From Schmidtea polychroa (taxonomy: Eukaryota), in the NCBI GenBank assembly GCA_044892525.1, contig CM097886.1:104904001-104968000 (forward strand): a stretch of DNA of 64,000 bases. Direction: 5' to 3'. Below the pieces are notes generated by a model. The model was given only the letters and a program-made list of their open reading frames with translations, did not search any database and had not been told where the DNA came from. Positions 1 to 11,279 of the stretch are shown piece after piece. Every line of letters starts with the position of its first letter. Position 1 is the first letter of the stretch. Position numbers and translations under genes: made by a program.

Positions 1-971
1 CAATTGCATACATAATTACTTGAAAATTTAATTCCTGAATAAATATAAAAATTTAAATTCACCGCTTTGAGGTGATAAGTAAATGACTATCACGTCATCA
101 TTTAAAACAAATATTTAATAATATAACTTAATTTATTAATTTAAGTTAAAGATTTATTACTTTAATTTATTATAAAATTTTAATTTTGCACTAACTTAAT
201 TTATTAATTTGGGTTAAAGATTTATTACTTTAATTTATTATAAAATTTTAATTTTTCCGATGGAATATTAGTTTTAGGCTAAATTAATATAAGATTAAAA
301 TTTAGACTAGTTGCAAATTTTCGTGGAATGGTGTGATAAGGCGGTCTAGGTAGCTTGTCGGGATAGGTTGACAGAGTGGACCAGACGCGATGAGCATTTA
401 AACCATAATTAAGTAGGGCAATGGACAACTTTAGGTAACGAATCTCATTTAGATTTCAGACGCAAGGAGATCCAACGAAGACGGAAAAGTTGACCCATCT
501 TCAGGGAAGGTAGGACAGATTGACCCATGAATAATGATGATTTATACGAATGGTGGGGTGGGCTGACACCGTGGAAGAATACAAGACACGTTAACAGGTT
601 ATCGGGAGCACTATCCGACGACAGGGACCATGTAAAGCGGACATAAACCTTCTAACGGTAGTCCGTGAACCCAAAGGAGTGTTCGACAATTACAGTGCAA
701 GCAGTGCGCTCACTTTTTGCGAGCACTCACCCTCTTGATACAGTACCAACGTTGATCGCTCAACGGGTATCAAGCGGTAAACAATGTTGTATCTTGGGTT
801 ACGCTGGTAACAGCACTAAAGAGCAAAATATTTGATCATCAGTAACCCACCAATACTCTCTTTGCATATGTTAGATGACAGGGGCAGGCCCATTAACACA
901 TTTGTTGTAACAAGTGACTAAAGGACTGGGTCAAACAAATTCAGAGTGAATGTATATAGTGATTATGTTAT

Positions 972-1255
972 AGTGGTTATGAGTAGATAGATTGGGTACC
1001 GCTGGCACAGGGCACTGCTGGCACAGGGTACGGCTAGAACACCTACCCCGACTGGAAAATTTGTCTCGTATGACTCATCAAGGTCATTTAAACAAAGGCA
1101 ATGGCTCATTTGATGACTCATCCAGGTCGAATGACTCATCCTATGACTCCGCAAGGTCAAGTTTTCAAGGTCATTTAAACAAAGTCCATGACTCATCAAG
1201 GTCATTCCAAGGTCGTATGACTCATCCAGAATCATTTTCAAGGTCATATGACTAT
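972..1255 (+). repeat. Terminal-like segment beginning AGTGGTTATGAG with an array of ATGACTCAT (AP-1-type) motifs
   Basis: At least 5 exact TGACTCA plus variants within ~190 bp. The same segment recurs at 34362-34645 and 35431-35937. Confidence 0.75.
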
Positions 1256-1394
1256 TTTATTATTATATTTTAAAATATTATTTTTTCAAGGACAAAATTT
1301 TTTATCAAGTCACACTTTTTTTTTAAATTAAAATTGACAGAGTTCCCGACATTATTGTATGATGGCTAATTTTATAGCCCAATGCAAGACCATT

Positions 1395-2082
1395 NNNNNN
1401 NNNNNNNNNNNNNNNNNNNNNNNNNNNNNNNNNNNNNNNNNNNNNNNNNNNNNNNNNNNNNNNNNNNNNNNNNNNNNNNNNNNNNNNNNNNNNNNNNNNN
1501 NNNNNNNNNNNNNNNNNNNNNNNNNNNNNNNNNNNNNATACATGGCAATGATTTTATTATAAGATAACGCCAATCAAACATTCTTTTCACAATTAATTTC
1601 GACAGTTTTCCTCTCATAATTAGGTGGGATATTAATGATTTTAATAATTAATGATTTTAAACAAATTTAATTATATATAAAAAATTTTTTTCATTTAAAA
1701 AAAAAATATATTAGTTTTTGAAAATTTTAACTCTTCAAATTTAATATAATAATTTAAAAAATTTTTATTAACTATTTAATTTAACACAACAATCAATACA
1801 TACAATACACAAAAGCCTATTAAAAAAAACTCAACACACAAGTATTTACTGCATTCTACACATTAATTTTCGGATTCAATGAATTATTATATCCCACCTT
1901 ATGATGACAGGAAAACTGTCGAAATTAATTGTGAAAAAAATGTTTNNNNNNNNNNNNNNNNNNNNNNNNNNNNNNNNNNNNNNNNNNNNNNNNNNNNNNN
2001 NNNNNNNNNNNNNNNNNNNNNNNNNNNNNNNNNNNNNNNNNNNNNNNNNNNNNNNNNNNNNNNNNNNNNNNNNNNNNNNNNN
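1395..2082. other. N-runs (1395-1537, 1946-2082; also 34785-35027, 59636-59819, 63400-63625)
   Basis: Lengths vary (137-243 nt) and the flanks recur, which suggests a masked repeat rather than scaffold gaps. Confidence 0.6.
1538..1945. mobile_element. Two oppositely oriented fragments of the Penelope-like 3' end, with degenerate hammerhead copies
   Basis: 1538-1690 is the reverse complement of ~54320-54475. 1880-1945 matches 54375-54440 but has CTTATGA instead of CTGATGA. Confidence 0.75.
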
Positions 2083-2852
2083 ACTCCGAGTTTATCCGAC
2101 AAAATATTCTGTCCCCCTATGAGTATTTGTCGTAAGGGTACTGCTCACGCTCAACGCAAGGGTATTGTTTCTGTCTAATACAATTATTCAGAAGAGAAAT
2201 TTTCTCAATTTTATTTACTTTAAAGCGAAATATCGCCGAGAGAAAAAAATTAGGGAAAGTGTAATTTGTACTCTGCACATGATTTTTGCATGAGTCCTAT
2301 TCAAATGAAATATTACAAGTTATTATTGTTCAAACATAGCTAAACGTTAATTTATATTGGCAAATAATAAGTTGGAATTAATGCCATCGAATTTGTATGA
2401 GACTTTGATTTTTGATCAAAATATAATTAATTTTCCTTGGGTCGAATAGAATTTATGTCATAAAAGAAACTAACAAACTTCAAAAATGGTTAGTTTAGAT
2501 AAATGTTAATACATTGTTTACTAAAATAGATGTTCGATCGAGAACTAAACTATGATTCACTTACAATAAGAAATTGGTAAGTAATGTAGATAATAGTTGC
2601 TATGAATTAAAAATAAAGAGAAAGAAGAAGAGATTTAACTTCAATTGAACAAGTTTTTGCACAATACGAAGAATTATGAGAGTAAATTGTTTGCATTTGC
2701 AGTCTTATTGATAAACATTACAGTAGAAAATAGTTTTTCCATTTCACAAACAAAGTAACCAATCAAATTATCGATATTAACTTGGAAAAAATAAAATACT
2801 TCAATTTATAAAAGAAAATTTAAATATTTAAAATTTAACATCAATATACATT

Positions 2853-3125
2853 ATGATAATGAAAATGATAAAAAATAATATTTTCCTGTTCTTAGCAAGT
2901 ATTTTAATAAATTTGGCAAGTGGAACAACTGAAACAATCAAAACAAATAACATTAGACAAATTGTAATAAATCATACAATATTTCAAACCAAATATATTT
3001 TGATTTTTATTGCACTTCTTGTTGGATTGTGTTTTATAGTACTTCCAATCAAAAGGTTTTTATGTATACTAATTTTATTGGCAATAGTGCATAAAGGTTT
3101 CGAATTGTATGAAAATAGTATGTAA
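2853..3125 (+). CDS. Possible small membrane protein (signal peptide + hydrophobic segments)
   Basis: 90-aa ORF with N-terminal hydrophobic stretch and two further hydrophobic segments. No family recognised; may be an AT-rich chance ORF. Confidence 0.25.
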   Translation: MIMKMIKNNIFLFLASILINLASGTTETIKTNNIRQIVINHTIFQTKYILIFIALLVGLCFIVLPIKRFLCILILLAIVHKGFELYENSM

Positions 3126-3992
3126 AAAAGGTAATACGTCATAGCAAACGATATCGAAATTCGTCCAAATACAAATACATTATTTATGATAAATACTTAA
3201 ATTACATTAGTTACTAATATTATTAAGGTGATAAATTTTTTAAATTAAATTTATATTCTTCTACATTTTAAACAATCTCACTATTCAGATAATTTAAATT
3301 TTTATTAAATAAGTTTATTTTAATTTTTAATTTAATACTTTTTCAATTGCATAAAATATTTAAGAAATCTCAAAATTCATTTTAAACCTAAAATTTGAAA
3401 AATAAAAGAAATTGTAATTAATTAAATTATAACTTTATTAATTTTTGTTGGTAACATTAGCGATGATCAGAACAATTTAGACCAACATTTTCTTGTATTA
3501 TATTGTATTAATTATTAAACATGTATATAGAACATGTATATTCAGTCAACGTATATAGAATAAAGTTTATTTTACACAAAAATACACAAAAATTAAACTT
3601 TTTCAATATACACATATCTTATTTAAATTTCTTTTAAATTGCATTCAAACTTCTTAATTTTTAATTTTCAAAAATTATTTCATAGAAATTCTTTTACCTA
3701 TTCTAGTTTCTTCATAATTACAAACGCATTTTAATAAATTTTCCATTTCACTTATATGCTCGATTATTGGCGTTATCTGAAATCTATTTATCTTCTTAGC
3801 TCAGAACAGACTGAAATCTTTCTAAATTAACGAGTTTATTAAATATTGAATTTCATCTGTCCATTCTCTTCCATACTCTCTTTGCATATGTTAGATGACA
3901 GGGGCAGGCCCATTAACACATTTGTTGTAACAAGTGACTAAAGGACTGGGTCAAACAAATTCAGAGTGAATGTATATAGTGATTATGTTATA

Positions 3993-3996
3993 GTGG
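3993..3996 (+). other. Target-site duplication GTGG (second copy 34362-34365)
   Basis: The empty-site paralogue at 961-985 reads ttataGTGGttatgag with a single GTGG. Confidence 0.93.
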
Positions 3997-4535
3997 TGTT
4001 GGCGTATGTGGAGAAGAGAGAAAAATATGCATGCCTTTCCATCACACCTATCAAGCATCATCACTCCGTTATACATTTTCTACACATACTCCAGATGATT
4101 GATCGCATATTCCCACATATGAGCCCATGGTGATGTTCCATGTTGGTGCTGCTCACACGGGTCGGAAAAGGTTAGCAGGTGAGCCCCTGCCTTAGGACTA
4201 CTCCTAACCCTGTCTCGGTTCGGGTCCTACGGTGCCTTAGAAGGTCTTACCCACATACATGCGTATCACTCGGTCTGATCCTGGTCCAAAGGAACAACCT
4301 TCAACCCTAATTACCTTCATTCCGCAGCATTATCTCATCTACTCTAATTGCACAAACAAATGTATGAAAACTTGACAAAACTGAAATCAAACAGAAAATT
4401 TTATTGACACTGAAACGATAAAAATATCATTACCACTAACAGATCAACAGCAGTCAAAAATATATAACATTAGCAGAATTCACAAGGTAATTTACAACTC
4501 GATGAAGAAAAAATCAAGCTCAATTGTACGTCGCG

Positions 4536-5297
4536 TTAGACAAAGTCATCCCCACCTGCAAGCATCTCATCTATGTCGACCGGTAATCGGCTATCTACAA
4601 TATATTTGATGCCCCCGGCCGGAACAATGCGGAAGACTTCTTTCGAGGGGATTGAATGGGTGGACGATATTTCTTGGATTTTTGATTGCGCCGCCGATAA
4701 GGACGCCTCGAGTGCTGTCATCGCATCTCGGCGTTTTTGATTCTTCTCGGCTCGAGTTGGCCGTTTCCGTTTGCGAGGTGGCAGATTATCTCCTACAGCC
4801 GTGGTGACACTAGATGCCACGAGAATTGGAGCCAGAATTGGGTCCGAAGGACCGCCTACCTTTGGCTGATGGCCTGACAACACTGGGGCTGGAATGGGCG
4901 GCAGTTGTGAGCCGTGCCCCTGACAGTTCGAGCTGGAAGATGTAGAAGACTGGTGGTGAAGGGGAAAGACATTCATCCCATCCAGAACGGGAAATTCTCG
5001 CACCCGCTTCGCCAGTTCTGCCTCCGTATATACTTTATGGAGGGCTTCTGATTGTGCTTTGATAGTGAGCCGCTGGCAACGGCTTTCCTCTAGCAGGCTG
5101 TCCCTGCAATGCTCCAATCGGAGAATTTTCTTGCGTTCCTCTTTCATTTGTGGCGGGGAGAACCACGTTCCTTCATAGAGATCAATTCTCTTTTTGAGAG
5201 CCCCGATATATAAGTGAAGTTGGGCGATATCCGCGTTCTTGTCCGCACAAGAAAAACACGGGCGAAGTTCTTTGGCGTTGTTGTACGATGTAGCCAT
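4536..5297 (-). CDS. LTR-encoded 253-aa protein (copy in 3' LTR), unknown function
   Basis: N-terminal CxxC and coiled coil, a Pro/Ser-rich linker and a basic NLS-like PPRKRKR...KRR. A TTTTCTAG acceptor-like site lies directly before the ATG. Confidence 0.65.
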   Translation of the reverse strand: MATSYNNAKELRPCFSCADKNADIAQLHLYIGALKKRIDLYEGTWFSPPQMKEERKKILRLEHCRDSLLEESRCQRLTIKAQSEALHKVYTEAELAKRVREFPVLDGMNVFPLHHQSSTSSSSNCQGHGSQLPPIPAPVLSGHQPKVGGPSDPILAPILVASSVTTAVGDNLPPRKRKRPTRAEKNQKRRDAMTALEASLSAAQSKIQEISSTHSIPSKEVFRIVPAGGIKYIVDSRLPVDIDEMLAGGDDFV

Positions 5298-6483
5298 CTA
5301 GAAAATCAATCATTGTTTATGTTTACTCGAAAAACCTCTATCAGTGCGATAAAAATCAAATTTTGGGGCATGGTTTTGGAGTTTTATCAAACATACCACC
5401 CAACAATGACCCACAGACCTCTTCATCCATCTCTATTCGCAGTCATTCAGTTGCAAGCATTCAAATCTCTTCACCTGATTCGTGTAAATTAAGAAAAGCA
5501 AACGGGGATTTCATGCACAAAATTCTCCCTCTCTAAACCTCGCCCTTTGGATTTGTTTTCGGATGGGACAATTCCCAGGTAAAGCTCGTCTTTTACTTTA
5601 TTCCCTTCAACCTTGTTCCCCTTAGTATATTTTTATTTAAAAATTTGCCGATATCATTATGGCAATCCGTCGATGTAGGCGTACCTAAAATTACAGAGAA
5701 ATAATTCACGGCGACGGAATAGATTATTTATGTTTTTATCTCGTTCAAAATTATGGAATTGATCATGTAATCAGTTGAAAATTCAGCTCTAAATCTACAT
5801 CTAATTAATTCCAATAACGCGTCGAAATCGTCGTCATGGAAAACGTTTACTTGTGATTATGCATTATGACTGAATGTGTAGGTGTGTCATTACTCCTGGT
5901 GGTATCTGTAACTGTATGTTGGCTATCACCGCGAATGATGGTTTATGCTGTTATGAGAAATTATTATATATCGAGTTGTGTAGGGGAAATCCATTCCTTT
6001 ACTTCATCCTATTATCTCGCTGTTCTAGAAAAGTTCATATTATCATGCCGCTATTACATCACCAAAAATCGTGGATTTACTTTTACACTGCCCTATGTAG
6101 ACTTGACTGTGGTGTGCGTGTGTATGTGCATTCTCAAGTCGGAATAATATGGGTTGCGTAATAGATTCCTCAAACAAGCAGCCGTAGACGAATCGGAAAG
6201 TCAGATTAATCAATCTGAGTAGGCGACAAATTAGTAGATTATTGAGTAAGCTCGATGTTATTATCTAATTCTCTTTCACGATATTAATTCAGGCCAATGA
6301 CTATCAGCTTATCCATTTGACATTTCTCCAGAAAACCGACACGTTATCTCTTTCTCTAGGACATTATCCGCTATCTCCTGTCGACTAACTCTACGCTGGC
6401 TAATGTAAATCAACTGATTTCGTTATCGTTGGCAACTATTGCCTGCGAGCTCGAAGTGAGGATTTTGATAATTTCACTGCAAG

Positions 6484-6843
6484 ATGTTTACTTTCCTGTC
6501 AGCGAGAGATTTTTTATCACTGGCATCGGCGATTCAAGGACGACAGTTCCATCGTAAGAGTACATCGATAATGGATGTAGCCGCTAACGTTTTGACGGCA
6601 CAAATCAGACAGAGCCTTGCAAATGCAGTACGTTGCAGAAAAATCGTTGGATTTACTCGCAATCTATGGTCAACACTGTTCTTTCCCAACTACGTCGATC
6701 GAAAGGCTGAATATCATGAAAAATTTTCTCCTAGCTATGTGGATTATTATCGAATCAGTATGAACGTCAATGCCAATCTCGATCTGAATTATCTGCATTC
6801 GAAATTTAAATCATCTCTACAACTATTGGAAATCTCGGTGTGA
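6484..6843 (+). CDS. Antisense LTR ORF, 119 aa, unknown (second copy 32620-32979)
   Basis: ATG-initiated with protein-like composition. No motif recognised. Confidence 0.3.
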   Translation: MFTFLSARDFLSLASAIQGRQFHRKSTSIMDVAANVLTAQIRQSLANAVRCRKIVGFTRNLWSTLFFPNYVDRKAEYHEKFSPSYVDYYRISMNVNANLDLNYLHSKFKSSLQLLEISV

Positions 6844-7607
6844 CTAACTGAACCGATGGTACGCTCTATGGACGATCGCGCTTGATGAAGGAAATTTCAC
6901 TTCCCAACTGGATTTTCCACCTACTGAGTTTCTTCACCCCTCATGACACACCCAAGAAGGCATTCATTGCTGCCACCTTCTTGCACCGTCATGAGGGACC
7001 AATCAACTCGTTTCCATTCAATTAAATCAACAATAAAATAATCAAAATGAATGATGGGTAAATGCATAAATAAAATTTACCCGGCGACCATATCATTTGG
7101 ACTCCAAGTATGATGTTGCTCATCCTACATAATCGAAACCTCATCGTCTCCTTGGTGGATCTCTAATATGACAACTACCACTCTCTGTAAATATCGCATT
7201 CGCATTTCAGCATGTTCGTGATTTCTTATGAAGACCAACCTTCTACTGTGGTGGTTCTCTACCGCAGTACAATTCCAACTCGTCCACATCATACTGGGAG
7301 TTCTCAGATGGTACAGTCGCCGGCACCATGAAGAAAGGCAGCTTTTCATTTAAATAAATTTATTGTATGAAATTGTTTTTATTATATTTATAACCATTAA
7401 CGAAATTAAACTAACAACCATAAATAAAGCAACTGTCGAGACATACCTTGAGTTTCGAAAACTGGAGTTAAATCGGTTGAATTTAAAATTTGTCCTGAAT
7501 AGATTTGTGGTTTGGCCTCTATATATTCCTTCCTCGGTTTGGTTTGGTAGTCTCTGAACTAGTTCGCTGTAGGATAATTTAGTCAAAGGTTCCGAAATCT
7601 GTAAAGT

Positions 7608-7677
7608 CTGTAGAATATTTTTTAAAAGTGGTCATAACGAACCAAAGTTTACCTGTAGAATATTTTTTAAAAGTGGT
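7608..7677. repeat. Two 25-bp direct repeats in the LTR (CTGTAGAATATTTTTTAAAAGTGGT), U3-side enhancer candidate
   Basis: Exact copies at 7608-7632 and 7653-7677, mirrored in the other LTR (+26136). Confidence 0.6.
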
Positions 7678-8456
7678 ACTCTACAGATATTTTCCGTTCC
7701 TTATATATTATTTTTCGTCCAATCAGGACACGACTTGTTTGTATTTTTACTATTTATTATTATTTTTATGTTTTTTATTATAATATATTAGATTTTAATG
7801 ACTTAACTTATTTCTTATTATTATTTTATTTATTTTCTTATTTTTATTATTTTCCTCCTATTTTTCCTGTGGATTTATTGCTACTTTATTGTAATATAAT
7901 TTTTTGTTTTAATTAGACTTAAAGATAGTTTTATTTTTATTTATTTCTTAAATTTCTCGTTTATTTGTTGTCACTTTTTTACTTATTCTATTCTATTTCA
8001 TCTGCTGGGTCCTAAATCGCTTTATTTCTAAATCTTAAGGGGTTTATTGGGTTTTATTTAGTTTGTTTTACTTATTCTTATTCTCTTATTGATATTTTAT
8101 TGTTCCTTTTTGATTTATTAGTGGGAATTTGATGGTACTTTATATTTTTATTTTATTTCGTTTATTTTTCAAGGATTACTTTTCTATTCGCTCCAGTTTT
8201 CGAAACTCCGCGTTTTAGCCCAACAAATCACTCCGGGGCCCGTTAAAATTGCGCCCCGCAATTCACATAATATCATACATTTAAATCATACCTTCTTTCG
8301 GCATAACAACTAATTTCACGGTCAACATTCACACAACCATAAAATTAAAATAACTAAATAATACTTTAATTAAACAGATAAAAGGACAAATATAAGCAAG
8401 CAGTAGCCACTTTAGGTGACCGGATTTATACACACAAAGTTTATGAATGGTCGATG

Positions 8457-9092
8457 TCACATGATCTCAAGGTTCGGAATGTTATTACTGTCTTGGTTGG
8501 TTGAATTCTGGGTCGGATGGCTGGTTGAAGTTGTTATCGTGGGGAGCTGGATTGTAACAGGCATTTGGTCAGGAGATAGATTTTGTTGCATTTGGTCGGG
8601 TGGGTTTGGTTGTTGAAAATGTACTGCTCGTTTATGTTTATTTTTCGGTCGTGGGTTCTTTCTTTCGTGTTTCTCGGATAGTGACTGGTTTCTTCTCCAT
8701 GTTCGATGAATATCATACGCTTTCCAGATGACTAGTGCGCAGATGATAAGGGTTTCACTGATGGTAGCATAGAGTAAGACTTGACTTTCTTTTACTTCCT
8801 TCTTCCCGATGATTTCCTTCAAGGATTGTTGGGTGGTTTGTTCTTGTAAGAGAATTTCGAGCTGTTCGATTTTTTGGGTTTGTAGGTGGAGTTGCATTTG
8901 AAATTTTTTCCAGACGGCTTTGTTCCAGCATTGTTTCGGGATGTTGTTGGAGAGCTTTCTTTCGCTTTTCAGTTTGGTTAACGGGTTTTGCTGTTTCTCG
9001 GGATTCTCCCAGAGTGTTGGGATTGGCTGCCACATGGGTATTCCGTTTATCGCTATCATCATTATTGTCACCAGGGTTGCTCCGAACCACAT
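8457..9092 (-). CDS. Accessory type I membrane protein (signal peptide, coiled ectodomain, TM, tail)
   Basis: MWFGATLVTIMMIAING signal-like N-terminus; hydrophobic VLLYATISETLIICALVIW followed by basic residues. Confidence 0.7.
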   Translation of the reverse strand: MWFGATLVTIMMIAINGIPMWQPIPTLWENPEKQQNPLTKLKSERKLSNNIPKQCWNKAVWKKFQMQLHLQTQKIEQLEILLQEQTTQQSLKEIIGKKEVKESQVLLYATISETLIICALVIWKAYDIHRTWRRNQSLSEKHERKNPRPKNKHKRAVHFQQPNPPDQMQQNLSPDQMPVTIQLPTITTSTSHPTQNSTNQDSNNIPNLEIM

Positions 9093-9147
9093 ACTACTAT
9101 ACGAAAATTTTTATTTACAATTATTTACATTGATCATTCATCTTTAA

Positions 9148-9849
9148 TTATTGCCGGGTTTTCTTTTTACGGGTTTTCTTGGATGTTCTCATCACTCTCG
9201 TTTCTGCTTTTATTACTCGTTTTCTTAATTCGGGTAGTACTTTTAATTGTTTGTCTCTTTCGTCTAACTGTTGCTTTAGGGTTATTATTTTTTCTTTTAG
9301 TGCTTTTATTTCTTGTGTTGCTCTTTCGAGGTTTTTATGGTTCATTATCTGTAGAAAATCATTTTCCCTTTCCCCGTCTTCTTCGTTGTCTATTTCCTGG
9401 TATTTGTTGTTCATTCGTCTCATTATCTCACATTCTTTCTGTTTTTGGTGTAGTTGGAGTTGTAACTCTTTCAGGCTTTCTTGGTGTTTCCGTGCCTCGG
9501 TTTTCCAATAGTCACTAATCACTTCGTCGGCCTTTCGACTGGCCCTCTCCTGCCATAATTCTTCCGCGATCTTTTCCCAATTTCTCCCTCGCTTTCTTTG
9601 CTCGTGAAGCCATTCGTTTTCTTCCTCTACTTCTTTCTTTACTTCTTCTAACAAGATATATTCTCTTTTCAATACTTTAATCATTTTTCGATTATCTCTC
9701 CACCTTTCTACTAATCTTTCGTTTTCCTGTCTCTCTTCTTGTAATTCTTCCTTGATAGTTTTCTTCCTCTCCACTTCATCAACTTCAATTTCTCCCTCTT
9801 CTAACTCGATTATAGATGTTATGATGGGTTGTCCGTTTTCAGTGTTCAT
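9148..9849 (-). CDS. Accessory coiled-coil protein, 233 aa
   Basis: E/K/R/Q-rich heptad pattern and a basic C-terminus. Same strand as the polyprotein. Confidence 0.7.
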   Translation of the reverse strand: MNTENGQPIITSIIELEEGEIEVDEVERKKTIKEELQEERQENERLVERWRDNRKMIKVLKREYILLEEVKKEVEEENEWLHEQRKRGRNWEKIAEELWQERASRKADEVISDYWKTEARKHQESLKELQLQLHQKQKECEIMRRMNNKYQEIDNEEDGERENDFLQIMNHKNLERATQEIKALKEKIITLKQQLDERDKQLKVLPELRKRVIKAETRVMRTSKKTRKKKTRQ

Positions 9850-10023
9850 TTTCTATAATATATACATAATTAATAATTGCGCTACAGTGCGTCTTATACT
9901 TATACATTTATATGTTATTTTATAATCAGGGTTACAGTCCCTTTCATACTTTTACTGTACCATTAATTTTTTTGGTTGGGATACAGGTCCCGATTTTTAT
10001 ATTTTTTATCTTTCCTTTTATCT

Positions 10024-11061
10024 TTATACAAAGGTCTCTTCCTTGCCTACATATCCTTCATCGCTTTCTACTGACATTTGTAATTGGAGTGCGATGGGAT
10101 CAAATGGGATGTAGTACCGGGGAATCTGCGCTCTAAGTTCTTGGACTTCGTCTCTTAGCGCTCTTGACACATTGAGTTCCTCGTCCAATAGGTAGGTTAA
10201 ATACCTAGTTTCGTCATCCCGTACTTCTATCTGTTTTTCTAATTCTTCCGCCTTTTCGCCGTTCTCCCATTTCTTGATCTCCTTTTCGAGGTTCTTGATA
10301 TTTTCATCATACATCTTCCTCTCGTTTTCTAATTTCTTATTCTTACCGGCTAGCACTATATTCCTTTGTTCTAGTGCCCCTTTGTAGCCGTTATTGTCTC
10401 TTTCGAGGTCTGTCACCTTATTTACGAGTTCGACGATTCTACCTGACTGTTGCAGGATCATCTCTTCCATGGCGGTATTCTCTTGTTCCTTTATAGACAA
10501 TTTCATGGCTAGATGCCTTTCAAATTCCATGGCCTTGGTCTGCCAGGTTTGACTTCGTGCCGCTATTTTCCTGAGCCTTCTTAGCTCTTCTCTCTGATCA
10601 AGGTTTTCCTCCCATTTCCCTTGTTCACTTTCGTATTCCAATTTCTGAGGTAATTCTCTCATCTCTGTTTTGATTTCCCGATGTTGTCTTTTCCACTTTC
10701 TGGCTTCTGCCAAGAGTTGACGAGATTTCCTTTCCTCTTTTTGTTTTTCCATCTCTCGTTTTTTATTCTCGTCCGTCAGTCTTTTTCTCGATTCCTGTAC
10801 CAATTGTTTTAAGTAGTGACCGTGAGCTTCCTGTCGCGTATTTTCTAATGCTGCCCACTTGGCGGCTCTCTTACAGGCCTCTGCCTCTGCTCGTAAATTT
10901 TGCACCAACCACTGAAATTGGTGGTTTTCCCATTCCCTTGCTTCTTCAAGGTAGTTTCGTGTCTTATTTGCTAATTGCGCCATCACTTTGGCCCATCTTT
11001 CTCGGTGTACTCCATTGATTTTTATTTCATGGTTTGGGGCTTCCGTTCGTTCTTGTGTCAT
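10024..11061 (-). CDS. Accessory coiled-coil protein, 345 aa
   Basis: Long helical E/K/R-rich ORF on the same strand. Confidence 0.75.
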   Translation of the reverse strand: MTQERTEAPNHEIKINGVHRERWAKVMAQLANKTRNYLEEAREWENHQFQWLVQNLRAEAEACKRAAKWAALENTRQEAHGHYLKQLVQESRKRLTDENKKREMEKQKEERKSRQLLAEARKWKRQHREIKTEMRELPQKLEYESEQGKWEENLDQREELRRLRKIAARSQTWQTKAMEFERHLAMKLSIKEQENTAMEEMILQQSGRIVELVNKVTDLERDNNGYKGALEQRNIVLAGKNKKLENERKMYDENIKNLEKEIKKWENGEKAEELEKQIEVRDDETRYLTYLLDEELNVSRALRDEVQELRAQIPRYYIPFDPIALQLQMSVESDEGYVGKEETFV

Positions 11062-11279
11062 CTTATCTGAATAACGAGATTATCAACTCAACGTCTCACA
11101 TTTATATTTGTTCTATTATTTATTTATTGTTACGAATATAGGTGGGTTGGGATTTTTCGAGGTTTTCCGCTTAAATTTACCTTTAGTAGATTTGGGGTTT
11201 TTCTACACTAGTATATAATATTTTACTGGATATATACGCCGATATTTACAATTTATTATATACAAAATTATTCGTCTCC

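Larger units (their letters stand above)
853..2487 (+). repeat. Copy 1 of a local tandem duplication (copy 2 = 3873-3996 + 34362-35430; partial third copy 63626-64000)
   Basis: 853-976 matches 3873-3996 (offset 3020), 973-1394 matches 34362-34784, and 2083-2487 matches 35028-35430. This copy lacks the LTR insertion. Confidence 0.9.
3997..8225 (-). repeat. 3' LTR (4,229 bp)
   Basis: Direct repeat of 30133-34361 (offset 26136). TG...CA termini with a 6-bp terminal inverted repeat. Confidence 0.97.

Noticed and set aside
330-850. GC-richer segment that might be an LTR or coding remnant
   Set aside because: No ORF, terminal motif or second copy in the window to support a call.
963-1273. ORFs 963-1247, 992-1273 and paralogues at 34320-34663 and 35436-35767
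   Set aside because: Translations of the ATGACTCAT repeat array; frames differ between copies.
1352-2178. ORFs spanning N-runs (also 34695-35078, 59599-59865, 63352-63663)
   Set aside because: Artefacts of translating N.
6430-6843. F-box-like start for the antisense LTR ORF
   Set aside because: Needs an assumed frameshift and the resemblance is too weak.
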